From: Chiloscyllium plagiosum
Taxonomy: Eukaryota
Assembly: GCF_004010195.1 (NCBI RefSeq)
Contig: NC_057749.1
Span: forward strand, 13,907,022 to 13,942,764
Length of the DNA stretch: 35,743 nt
Reading direction: 5' to 3'
Positions 11,384 through 23,285 of this stretch are shown here, piece by piece. The position numbers and the translations under genes are program-made. How positions within the stretch are numbered: the first letter of the stretch is position 1; each line of letters begins with the position of its first letter. Below the pieces are notes generated by a model. It saw nothing but the letters and a program-made list of their open reading frames with translations. It was not told the origin of the DNA and searched no databases.

Positions 11384-14300
11384 TTATCCCAGGTAAGACA
11401 GTGAGTAAATGAGAATTACACAACAGGAAGATCACATTTAGTGCCTAGCTTATACTTAACTGATTTCAGTCAGGTAATAGTAGATACTACAAAAGGCCTT
11501 GGTGGTCTTGGATTAGGTAGAAGGTAAAAAAAGAGTCTCCTGTCTCTTATTGCTATCAGTTGAAACACACTGTGTGGTCAGAAGATACTCTGATGTCATA
11601 CGAAGTTCAAAAAGATTGCTAATTCTCATCCCCTAGCCACACACATTAAGGATTATCACTTGAGTGAAACATTGTAATGACATTAGTGATGTTTTAACAA
11701 ATAGATAGTTTTCCTATTTGTTACTAACAATGCAAGTAGGACCATTTCTCAAAAAGAAAGAAAGATATAAACTTAAATAATTCAAAACAAATTAAACACA
11801 ATAGTTCTTATGCAGTAGAGGTCCTATGAGATGGTACACATTACAATGTATTATTGTATTTTTCACATACAATCAATTATAAAAATGTTGAGTTGAGGGT
11901 CAAGTAACAATAATAAGCAATGATCTGTTTGTTTTGAGAGCAGGATTACACAACATCTGAATGTTTAATGCTGTTTAGCTGTGAGCAATGTAGTATAAGG
12001 AGTGGGTTAATGGTCCAATACTATCAACACCAAATCTACCTCATGCCAACACTTGCAGAAAATGCCTCAGCAGAACAATGAAAATATTAGAATGTCAAGG
12101 CATGGTTCAATGGCCAAAAACACTCCCTGTGTAAGCTAGTAGTTCCCAGGTTCAATCTCCAAATTGTCCAGAGTTAATCGACCTCAGCAGGGACAGCAGA
12201 TGGGAACTGTAATTTGTCTGAATCACTGTCACTGCAATGCCTGAAATGTGACAGATAGGTTTCAAACTATTTAAATATGTAGATTATAAAGGTGCAATAT
12301 AAAACTCTGCTGTATGGAAAACGTCAGTGGATTACAGAACTAATCATTTGTGACAACGGGAAACCAGCATTAAAAAAATGTCTTGTATGATGTTCTGCAG
12401 TTCTTCTGCTATGTAATGTTATACATAAAGCTTCAACATTATTCAGCATGATGCATCATCTCTGATGATGGCAGATAGCAAGGACCACTGTTATTTAAGA
12501 TGGCTAGCAAACAGAAGTGAAACAATATCCTCAGCTTGTGCCTGATCACTCAAATGTTAATCATTCATAGTACATTCTGTGACAAATAATTAAACAAAGG
12601 GGAAAATCATCTATAAAATGTGGACAAATTTGTGACTGACATTTACACCAGCTTAAGCAAATGTTCATTTTCCAACAACATACTCCTTGCTTCTGAAGTG
12701 TGTTGACAGAAAACAAGAGCACCCTCCAGTGTCCATAAGAAATATTACACACCAGCAAGCAGGATTCTCAGTAGTCTCTGCAATTTCAAAAGCTAGAAGC
12801 AGTAACATCTGCAAGACATTCCACAGCAAATACATAACTGAACAATGGCACATTCTTCTTAATTATCTCCTGAAAATTCTCCCATCATTATTACTGTAAA
12901 TTGAAAAATTCTCCTTAGCCCAAGAGCTAAGCAAGAACAGACAGCACTCAAACAGGACCTCTTCAGAAATGAGCCCTCTCATCTCAAGTGGTGGAACCCT
13001 CTGGTCCACATAACATAGTGTCTCCCAGGCCATGCACTTAACACAAGTAGCCTTGATATCTAAATTTAACAAGCTCAGTTCCATTGTCATATTTGTCCCT
13101 CGAAAGTAACTAGCATGTTTTATGTATATATGATGACTAGCTCATAGCAGGAGCTGGTCCTCTCCAGTTTCCAGAAAAATATTTGTCAGCTTTGTCTAAA
13201 TTGATCTCCATTAAATCCAATCACAAGAATGGATGCGCAATAATAGAGGACATTATACATCACATATTGAGTGAAAAGAGATTTCTAAATTCAATGCAGG
13301 CTACTAACTTGCAGTGTATTCAGAAACAACAAGCCTGCATGCAAAAAAAGAGAATTACACGTGAAGTGTTGAAAAGGAGTATTTTGGTTATGAAAATCAA
13401 TGGATAAAACATTACCATCAGGGAACCTCTTCGGTTCAGTTTCATAGCTGCAGTTCATCTTGCATCTTCTGTGCAATTTCAATTATAAATGCACTACACC
13501 AAACCAACATTTAATTTTATCACTTACACCAAGTGAGACCAAAATATTTGCACCTAAATTTGTTCTGATAGTTCATGTGAAGCCCTAAGGAAAATAAATT
13601 ATGCCAGGAATGATTGCACCTTATACAACCAAACAAAGGGTATTTGTTTAAGTCTCCCGACCATATTTTCCTAGATCTACAACTTAAACAAGCGCAGTCT
13701 AAACCCTTCAAGTAAAGATGAGCATCTACCTCTGCTTGTCTATAATTAGTCATTATTCTCCAAAAGCCTCAGCAACAGAGGTTTATGCTGTGATCGTGGT
13801 TTAAGCTAAAAGCATAAATAACGCAAGAAAAATTGCTAGAATCGTATTGGCACATTAATACATTGAACTGACTGTTCTGTATGCCCCATTTCTCCTGTTT
13901 CTCGACAGTCCATTGTCTCCAATGCAATTCCTGTGGGCTTGGCATACATCTCACTATGCAGTCAGCCAGATTTCACCATGACCACCGCACCATTTTTTAA
14001 AAAGGTCAAAACACAGATGAGAGCATGTAATAAAGGTAGAAGTAGAATGCTGCATTTTATAATAATGGAGGAAATTAATTAAAAGACAAGAAACTAAACT
14101 TACATCTGTTAGAACACAGATGGAGTACTGCACGAAAGTCTAGATTCCATTTATAAAATATTATCTGCACATAATATTGGAAATGAAGATTCACTAGAAT
14201 TATCATAAGAGATTATAATTATTGTAGAGGGTATAGTTTGCTTCATTCAAAACAAACCAATTAGTGAGAAATCCAATGAAAATTTTCAAGACTAACAGAC

Positions 14301-14708
14301 GCAAATAGTAACAAAACATTAACTCAGGATCTTAACTGAGTGGTAGTTTTTTGCCTGAGAAGGTTGTGGGTGCTACAGGGCCTGCATATATCATTCAGTC
14401 CCAACTTGACATTTGTTTCTTATTTCAATAATTTTATTATATATGCAAATATACACAAAATTGACCGTACAAACTTTTCACACTAACTTCTCTGCTGCAA
14501 TAACATGAATAAGAGTTTATTACAAAGACAAGGGTTTACATAGCCGGATTCAACGAGATATCTGGGTATTATCATTTATATTGTGGGGGGAAATAAACAA
14601 CAAACACGTACAAATCCATGATTAGTATATTATGTAGTTTATTAGAACAGTTATATTCCATCTCAGCATTCGAAACAGTAAAAGAAACCGAGCAGCATTT
14701 TACTGTAC

Positions 14709-14797
14709 CTGTTTTATGACCCTCTGAGAAGCTAGAGCAGACCGCTGCGACTTAACAGTTTCTCGTATTTTTCCACTGTTGTGTATCTTGGACCTTC
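14709..14797 (-). CDS. SCAPER: SCAPER coding exon, 89 bp (G-RSKIHNSGKIRETVKSQRSALASQRVIKQ)
   Basis: Acceptor TTGTTCCAG| at 14798 and donor CAG|GTACAG at 14708. The exon is stop-free, starts phase 1 and ends phase 0, so it bridges the flanking exons exactly. It ends in KQ like the low-conservation linker of mammalian SCAPER. Not in the ORF track. Confidence 0.8.
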
Positions 14798-15579
14798 CTG
14801 GAACAATTTCACAAGAAAGTAATTGGAAGCAAATATGCAACATGTTCATACTGAAATTCATAAATAGTATCAGTCTGAAGCAAAAGAAGAACAGAGTCTA
14901 TCTCAGAAAAAGTAAAGATAAAATGTTTCAACAAACAACCTATGAAGTCATCCAAAAATGCACTGTAAAAAGTTCTTCAAATGTTTCACATTTTCCAGCT
15001 GTTATTGTCCCAAGCAACCAATTAGTTTTCAGCTACCTACAAACTATTAAACATGAGAATATGCTGCATTTTAGCTAATATCTATAATTCAGTCATGTGG
15101 TGATTAAGTTATCAGTAAAGCAGAATTGCATGCTGGCAGAACAGCAGGTTAAAGGAAATTTAGTTTAATGCTTCGAACTAATATTCCTGCTAATTTCTGC
15201 TTGCTGCATGCACCCAGCTTGTTGCATTGCATAATACCTTTAAGAATTATGCTCAGCTGCAAGTCTCAAATAGATCTTTCCTTGTGCATGGCATTACTCC
15301 CTACGCAGCACATTCCTGACTACTGAACAGCATGACTTGAAAAGAATATTATTTCCAAACTGACATGACACTTCAAGAGTGTTGCATTTTATGAGATGCC
15401 ATCCTTTGCATGAGCCATCAAACTGTGTTCCATTAAACTGTAACAGTAGTTCAAGTAAAAATAGATCCCCTAGTGTCACGCTAAGAAACCAACTGGCTAT
15501 ACTTCTCTGGGTAGTTTGAGAGATATTTCTATCTGCACAATGGCTCATATGTTTGCCCACATAACAAAAACAACTGAAC

Positions 15580-15712
15580 TTGAAGAAGGGACACTGGACC
15601 TGAAACGTTGACTCTGCTTTCGGTCCACAGATGCTGCCAGACCTATTGGGTTTCTCCAGCAATTTCTGTTTTTCCTTCAGATTTCCAGCATCTGCAGCGG
15701 TGTTTTGTTTAG
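15580..15712 (+). mobile_element. Penelope terminal-repeat insertion with degenerate hammerhead
   Basis: ttgaagaagggacactggacctgaaacgttgac...agatgctgccagacct...ttccagcatctgcag. Possible TSD tgaactt at 15575-15581 and 15713-15719. Confidence 0.8.
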
Positions 15713-16046
15713 TGAACTTATGCTTACACACTTTGGGGCAAATAACAGGATTACAGACCCACAAAAACACATCAGTACAAACATCATGTCGGACCAGCCA
15801 AGTAAACATTCGGAAGCAGGCCTCATATTTACACTCTTGATGAATGTATTACAGAGCACAGCTGATCTGTCTTACAGGGAATGTTACTGAGTCACAACAT
15901 AAAATTAGCACAATGACCCTGCAGATTTTACTCCTTTCATGGCCCAGTTTCTACAAAATGTCAAACTAATCTTTTTATTTTTAAAACTAATATCAAAAAT
16001 GCCAGAGGAGCAAAAAGGACCGACCTGACAGGTCTTTACACGAAAA

Positions 16047-17330
16047 TTAAAAATCACACAACACCAGATTTTAGTTCAACAGGTTTATTTGAAAGCTCTA
16101 GCTTTTGAGGTGCTGCCCCTTCATCAGGTGGTTGTGGAACAGGACCATAAGACAAAATTTATAGCAAAAGGGTTACAGTGTCATGGATCTGTAATTAAAA
16201 ATTAAACAAATTTAGATTGTCTTTCATCTTTTCAAATGGAATATGCTAGTTTCAGTTGTTTAATATGTAAATCTCAGAACTTCTTTTAAATTACATTCTC
16301 AAGATAGCTTCAGTATTTCTAACAATAGGTGCCATCTCAGCTCAGACAATGCATTAGAGGTGTGAGGTTAAAGTCTGTCTGTGTCCCAATGTTGAGTCAG
16401 ACTGGATCTATTTCTAAAGTAGGACTTGTGGAATTTTACCTGGGATTTATGTAGTTTTTGATCAAAATAAAATGTAATTCTCCAAATACAAATTTACCCC
16501 ATAAATATGTGTGCACGTGCAGGAGAGACAGAGTTAGTGAGTGCATAAGCCTGTGAGAGGGTGCATGCGTGGGTGGGAGTGTGTGTGTATGCGTATGAGA
16601 GAGGGTCTGTGTGAGTATATAGAAGAGTGTGTGTATAGTACAGTGGGGTCACCTGTAGCGTGACATGAACCCATGGGAACCGAACTTGGCGATCAGCCTC
16701 AGCTCAGACATTTTACGTTGTTGCTTGTCCTGAAGTCCGCCTTGGAGGATGGTCACCCGAAGGTCCGAGGCCGAAGTTACTGGATCGCTGAAGAGTTCCC
16801 TGACTGGGAGGGAACAATCCTGCCTGGTGATCGTTGCGCGGTGTCCATTCATCCATTGTCACAGTGTCTACTCGGTCTCGCCAATGTACCATGTCTCAGG
16901 GCATTCTTGCCTGCAGTGTATGAGATAGACAACATTGGTCGAGTCACACAAGTACCAGCCGTGTACAAGGTAGGAAATGTTCCCATGTGTAATGTGATAT
17001 CCATATTGATACTCTGACACATCTTGCAGTGACTGCCGTGGGACAGGGCTGTACAGCATCATAGTCAATGTTGTCCTGAAGGCTGGGCAGTTTGCTGCGA
17101 ACAATGATTGGTTAGAGGTTTGGTGGCTGTTTTAAGGCGAGAAGCGGAGCCTTGCGGAAGATCCTGGCATGGTGCTCATCCTCATCGATAATGTGCTGCA
17201 GGCAGCAAGGAATATGGCGCAGTTTTCTGGGTCCCAGGAAGAGTACCCTATTGGTAGCAGCCCATGTCTATATCCTGAGGAGATCATTCCGGTTTATCGC
17301 TGTGGCACGTCAGAACTGGCGGTAGATGAG
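16047..17330 (-). mobile_element. Penelope-like retroelement 3' part: decayed GIY-YIG endonuclease, 3' UTR and hammerhead-bearing terminal repeat
   Basis: ORF 16868..17104 contains NVVYLIHC..C...YIGET (GIY-YIG) and continues after a stop as 16649..16852 (MNGHR...PVRE.F...ELRLIAKF). A GT/GA-rich tract lies at 16500-16640. CTGATGA-stem-AAAAGCT on the minus strand at 16127-16100. Confidence 0.9.
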
Positions 17331-17580
17331 TTGAATCTTTACATGAAAGGTATTCATTGGGTAATTTCAAATTGAATGGGTCATTCAGCTACAAGAACCC
17401 GATCTGTCTCTAACCCTCAAGGTATGAATGCCTAAACAAAGATGCACAAATCAACATAACCACCCACCATATTTGTAAACAGATTTAAACTAGTGGAGGT
17501 CACATGAGCAGACATTCATATTTTGTTTGCTTTTAAAATACACCAAGAACCTTGCACTGCTCCAGCAGAAATCTGAAATC

Positions 17581-20500
17581 TAAGACAGTGGAGTAGAAGT
17601 AGGCTATTCAGCCTATTAGAGTCATGGAGATGTATAGCTCGGAAACAGACCCGACGGTCCAACCCGTCCATGCTAACACAATATCCCAACACAATCTAGT
17701 CCCACCTGCCAGCACCAGGCCCATATCCCCCCAAACCCTTCCTAGTCATATACCCATCCAAATGCCTCTTAAATGTTGCAAATGTACTAGCCTCCACCAC
17801 TTCTTCTGGCACCTCATTCCGTACATGTACTACCCTCTGCGTGAAAGTTGCCCCTTAGGTCTCTTTTATATCTTTCCCCTCTCACCCTACACCTATGCCC
17901 TCTAGTTCTGGACTCCCCAACCCCAGGGAAAAGACCTTGTCCAGTTATCCTATCCATGCCCCTCATGATTTCATTAACCTCTATAAGGTCACCCCTCAGC
18001 CTCCAACGCTCCAGGGAAAACTGCTCTAGCTTATTCAACCTCTCCCTATAGCTCAAATCCTCCAACCCTGGCAATATCCTTGTAAATATTTTCTGAACCC
18101 TTTCAAGTTTCACAACATCCTTCCAATAGGAACGAGACCAGAACTGCATGCAATATTCCAACAGTGGCCTAACCAATGTCCTGTACAGCTGCAACATGAC
18201 CTCCCAACTCCTGTACTCAATCCTCTGACCAATAAAGAAAGGCATACCAAACACCTTCTTCACTATCTGATCTACCTGCGACTCCACTTTCAAGGAGCTA
18301 TGAACCTGCACTCCAAGGTCTCTTTGTTTGGCAACACTACATAGGACCTTACCATTAAGTGGATAAGTCCTATTAAGATTTGCTTTCCCAAAATGCAGCA
18401 CCTCGCGTTTATCTAAATTAAACTCCATCTGCCACTTCTCAGCCCATTGGCCCATCTGATCAAGATCCCGTTGTAATCTGGAGGTAACCTTCTTCGCTGT
18501 CCACTACACCTCCAATTTTGGTGTCATCTGCACACTTACTAGCTGTACCTCTTATGCTCACATCCAAATCATTTATATAAATGATGAAAAGTAGTAGACC
18601 TAGCACAGATTCTTGTTGCGCTCCACTGGTCACAGGCCTCCAGTCTGAAAAACCCTCCACCACCAGCCTCTGTCTTCTATCTTTGAGGCAGTTCTGTATC
18701 CAAATGGCGAGTTCTCCCTGTATTCCATGAGATCGAACCTTGCTAACCAGTCTCCCATGTGAAATCTTGTTGAACGCCTTACAGAAGTCCATATAGATCA
18801 CATCTACCATTCTGCCCTCCTCAATCCTCTTTGTTATTTCCTCAAAAGACTCAATCAAGTTTGTGAGACATGGTTTCCAACGCATAAAGCCATGATGACT
18901 ATCCCTAATCAGTCCTTGCCTTTCCAAATACATGTACATCCTGTCCCTCAGGATTCCCTCCAACAACACGCCCACTACCAACATCAGGCTCACTAGTCTA
19001 CAGTTCCCTGGCTTGTACTTACCACCCTTTTTAAACAGTGGCACCACATTGGCCAACTTCCAGTCTTCCGGCACCTCACTTGTGACTATCGATGACACAC
19101 ATATCTCAGCAAGGGGCCGAGCAATCACTTCCCTAGCTACCCACACAGTTCTAGGGTACGCTTGATCAGGTCCTGGGGATTTATCCACCTTTATGTATTT
19201 CAAGACATCCAGCACTTCCTCCTCTGTAATATGGGCATTTTGCAAGATGTCACCATCTATTTCCCTACATTCTATATCTTCCATATCCTTTTCCACAGTA
19301 AATACTGATGCAACGTACTCGTTTAGTATCTGCCCCATCACCTGCGGCTCCACACAAAGGCCACCTTGCTGATCTTTGAGGGGCCCTACTGTCTCCCTAG
19401 TTACCCTTTTGTCCTTAATGTATTTATAAAAACCCTTTGAATTTTCCTTAACTCTATTTGCCAAAGCTATCTGATGTCCCCTTTTTGCCCTCCTGATTTC
19501 CCTCTCAAGTATACTCCTACTGCCTGTATATTCCAAGGATTCACTCGATCTATCTAGTCTATACCTGACATATGCTTCCTTCTTTCTCTTAACCAAGCCA
19601 TCAATTTCTTTTGTCATCCAACATTCCCTACACCTACCAGCGTTTCCTTTCACCCTGACAGGAATATACTTTCTCTGGACTCTCGTTATCTTATTTCTGA
19701 AGGCTTCCCATTTTCCCCCACTGACACCTCAGTCACCTGCCCTGCCTTATTTCCCAAGAATAGGTCAAGTTTTGCACCTTCTCTAGTAGTTACATCCACA
19801 TACTAAATAAGGAAATTGTCTTGTACGCACTTAACACATTCCTCTCCATCTAAACCCTGAACACTATGGCAGTCCCAGTCTGTGTTTGGAAAGTTAAAAA
19901 TAGGGCGGTTATATGCCCTATTATTCTTACAGATAATTGAGATCGCCTTACAAATTTATTTTTCAATTTCCCTCTGACTGGGGTCTATAATACAATCCCA
20001 ATAAGGTGATCATCCCTTTCTTATTTCTCAGTTCCACCCAAATAACTTCCCTGGATATATTTCTGGGAATATCCTCCCTCAGCACAGCTGTAATGCTATC
20101 CCTCATCAAAAATACCATGCCCCCTCCTCTCTTACCTCTCTTTCTATCCTTCCTGTAGCATTTGTATCCTGGAACATTAAACTGCCAGTCCTGTCCATCC
20201 CTGAGCCACGTTTCTGTAATTGCTATGATATACCAGTCCCATGTTCCTAACCATGCCCTGAGTTCAGCTGCCTTCCCTGTTAGGCCCCTTGCATTGAAAT
20301 AAATGCAGTTTAATTTATCAGTCCTACTTTGTCCTCTGTTTTGTCCCTGCCTGCCGTGACTGTTTGGTTCGCCTTTGTTGACAACTGTACCAGTCACAGA
20401 ATGAAATCTTTCCTCACTATCTCCCCGAGCCCCACCACCCCTCACAAGTGCAAATCCTCCTGAGCAGCTCTAGCAAATCTCCCTGCCAGTATATTAGTCC

Positions 20501-20880
20501 CCTTCCAATTTAGGTGCAATCTGTCCTTCTTGTACAGGTCACTTCTACCCCAAAACAGCTTTGATTTGCTCCATCATTCAATACAATCATGGTTGATCTA
20601 ATAATCGTCAACTCCATTTTGTCTTTCACTCATAAGCCTTGATGCCGTTACTCAATAAAAATCTGTGCATCGTAGCCTTGAATATACTCAATGATCAAGC
20701 CTCAACAGCCCTCTGCAATAAAGAATTCCACAAATCCACGATCCTCAGAGAAGAAATTCCTCATCCCTGTCTTAATTGGACAATGCTTACTCTAGTCCTG
20801 TACTGTTTCAAAACGGGAAACAACCTTTCTACATCTACTCTCTTAAGAATCTTGTATGCTTCAATAAGATCGCCTCTCGT
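17581..20880 (-). mobile_element. Older CR1-like LINE 3' end split by the 3-kb CR1 insertion (pieces 17581-17617 and ~20561-20880)
   Basis: taagacagtggagtagaagtaggctattcagcctatt continues as gatttgctccatcattcaatacaatcatggttgatct after the insert. It ends at ...aataagatcgcctctc, which on the minus strand encodes an RGDLIEAYKIL-type motif. Confidence 0.65.
17618..20552 (-). mobile_element. CR1-clade (HER1-like) LINE, ~2.9 kb, 5'-truncated and inactivated: ORF1 C-terminus, APE, RT, 3' tail
   Basis: 20552-20450(-) translates GRSDLYKKDRLHLNWKGTNILAGRF (SGNH-esterase ORF1 end). ORF 19963..20445 has the APE motifs YFNARGL and IAITETW. ORF 18460..19653 has KSPGPD, VPEDWKLANVVPLFKKG and CADD (from FADD). 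ORF 17814..18455 is the C-terminus (WQMEFNLDK, RLRGDLIEV). It has frameshifts and an apparent internal deletion near 19715. Confidence 0.95.
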
Positions 20881-20904
20881 TGTTAGGATTGTTTTCATTA
20901 GAAA

Positions 20905-21280
20905 AAAAATGAGATGTGGGGGGGACCTGATTGAGGTCTACAAAATCATGAAGGGTATAGAGAAAAGCCTTTTCCCAGGGTGAGGGATGCAATAAAAAAG
21001 AGGTCACGCGTTCAAGGTGAGAGGTGAAAAGTTTAAGGAGCATACACACGGCAAATACTTTACATTGAGGTTGATAGGTGCCTAGAACGCGTTGGCAGCA
21101 GAGATAGTAGAGGCAGGCACAGTAGATTCATTTAAGGTGCGCCCGGACAGGTGCACGAATAGGTGGGGAGCAGAGGGATACAGATTAGGAATTGGGCGAT
21201 ACATTTAGACAGTGGATTTGGATCGGTTCAGGCTTGGAGGGCTGAAGGGCCTTTTCCTGGGCTGTACATTTACTTTGTTT
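20905..21280 (+). mobile_element. CR1 LINE 3' fragment (different subfamily)
   Basis: GDLIEVYKIMKGI motif at the end of ORF 20639..20983, followed by a typical CR1 3' UTR (ggcttggagggctgaagggcct). Confidence 0.8.
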
Positions 21281-21974
21281 TTTTAAAAAATCTATCCTTT
21301 TTGATTTCAGCAGAGTCAAATACCTCAAAAAATGTGTTGCTTCTATGAAAGGTCAGAGCTCCTCCATTCTACTGTTTTACGCCACATTTTCATCATTGAG
21401 TAAGGGTTCAACAAAACAAGAGTTGCATTTTATTGTGTCTTGGGCTGCCTTTGCCCTATCATAGACAGAGTATATATATTTTCCTGCTGCCCATGAACAG
21501 TATGTTTTATATGTGAGATGTTTATGTTTTCTCACCCTCAGGGTGATTGTCCCAATTTAAATAATGCCAGAAGCAAGCTTTCCTTAGAGATTTAAAGTAA
21601 GTTGCGCCTCATTCTCTCAAGTCACACCATCAAACACACAGTAAAAACAGTTGAAGAACAACAAACTATACAATTACAATGCATAAATGCCTCTTATGTG
21701 GGATGGCATTTTTAGTTGAAATGAAGTTCTTGTAAGGGAGTGTTCTCAGTTAGTTGCAAAGCTTCTTGCATTTGAACTGCCACGAGATTGGAAGTGTTCT
21801 GCTAATTTCAAGGCGTATCGTTCTACAAGCTCTTGATCATTAATTACTTGTTGAAATAGGCCATTCTTGTGGGATCCCTGCTGCAGATATTGATTGAGGG
21901 TTGGTTAGCTCAGTTGGCTGGATAGATAGTTTGTGATATAATCTTTTGTGTAATGAGGCAGGTTTAATAAATGA

Positions 21975-22096
21975 GTTCCTTTTGCCCGAAACGTCGATTT
22001 TTACTGCTCCTCGGATACTGCCTGAACTGCTGTGCTTTTCCAGCACCACTCTAATCTAGACTCTGGTTTCCAGCATCTGCAGTCATTGTTTTTACC
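21975..22096 (+). mobile_element. Penelope terminal-repeat insertion with a 16-bp TSD
   Basis: cttttgcccgaaacgtcga...ttccagcatctgcagtc, flanked by caggtttaataaatga at 21959-21974 and 22097-22112. Confidence 0.9.
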
Positions 22097-22112
22097 CAGG
22101 TTTAATAAATGA

Positions 22113-23285
22113 AGTCAGAGTAAAAGATACTCTAGAAAATAGTGACCATAACATGGCAGAATTTATCATACTGTTGACAGGAAGGAACTTGGGTCAAAAG
22201 CAACTGCATAAAGCTTAAATAAGGGTAACTGCAAAGGAATGAGGCTGAGTGAACTGAAATGGACTCGAAGAGAAGTTTAGCAGCAAAGATAGTTGAGGAA
22301 TGGTGGCTGATGTTTAAGAAAATAATTCATAGCTAATAGCAAAAATACATACCAGGAAGGACAAAGGATTCCAGGAAGGGGATAAGCCAACCAAGGAAGT
22401 TAAGGATAACAAAACTTACAATGTTACAAAGAATAATGATAAGCCAGAGGATTAGTCAAAGTTTTAAAAATCAACAAAACAAACAGAAATAGATAAACAT
22501 TGAGGATAAACTTGCAAGTAATATCAAGAGGGACAGAAAGAACCTCTTTACATTTATAAGAAAAATAGAAGCCGAAGTGAGTACAGGCCCCTTAGGAAAC
22601 AAGGCTGAGGAAATAATAGGGAACCAGGAAGTGGCAGGAGTGTTGAATATGTACTTTGCATCATTCTTCATAGCAGTGGCCTAGTGGTATTATTGCTGGT
22701 CTATTAATCCAGAGACCCAGATAAAGTTCTGGGGACCTGGGTTTGAATCCTGCCATGACAGATGGTGGAATTTGAATTCAGTAAATATCTGGAATTAAAG
22801 AGTTTGAGGAAGTCTATGAATCCATTATTGATTGTCAAAAAAAAGCATCTGGTTCACTAATGTCCTTAAAGGAAGGAACCTGGATCCTAACCTGGTCTGG
22901 CCTACATGTGATTCTCAACTCTCAGCAACGTGAATGGCAATAAATGATGACCTAGCCAGCAATGTCCAATAAAGAAAAGCTTATAGCTTTCCGACGTTTT
23001 CAAGTAATCTTTGGACCAAAGAAGGAGGAAATAAATATTATAACTATCATTAGAGGACAAAGTGCTAGGAAAACTAATGGACTTAAAGTCTGATAAATCC
23101 CCTTAACTGTGCTTCCTCGGATAGGAAAACAAGTAGCTTCAGAGATAGTGGATGTACTGCTTGTAATCTTCCAGGAACCCTTTGATTCTGGAAATGTTCC
23201 AGAGGATTGGAAAATTGCCAATTTACAGAGGATTTTAAAATACCTAATATGAACAAGCAGAATCAGCATGACTTCCTGAAGGGGA
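22113..23285 (+). mobile_element. Old, degraded CR1-like LINE ORF2 fragment (APE-RT linker), interrupted by a SINE
   Basis: Remnant motifs SDHN (22141), GPLGNKAEEIIGNQEVAGVLNMYFASFF (22587-22670) and GNVPEDWKIAN (23190-23222), with multiple stops. Confidence 0.7.
22672..22975 (+). mobile_element. tRNA-derived SINE
   Basis: A box tggcctagtgg and B box gggtttgaatcc, with an A-rich 3' end. Homologous to the reverse complement of 30655-31012. Confidence 0.8.

Noticed and set aside
626..14400. Several very degenerate SINE-like heads (~630-795, ~1065-1200, ~3075-3140, ~12100-12210, ~14330-14400)
   Set aside because: The resemblance is too weak to set boundaries or family by eye.
15100..15420. TGCATG cluster as RBFOX splicing elements
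   Set aside because: Most copies read TGCATG on the + strand, which is antisense to SCAPER; only one (palindromic, ~15205) is in the sense orientation.
15294..15890. 171-aa ORF and overlapping short ORFs
   Set aside because: They run through a Penelope terminal repeat (the KEKQKLLEKPNRSGSIC-type translation recurs in other copies) and have no recognisable domain.
17814..20445. Active LINE or domesticated reverse transcriptase
   Set aside because: It has frameshifts, an internal deletion, degraded motifs (CADD, SGAQQES) and a 5' truncation.
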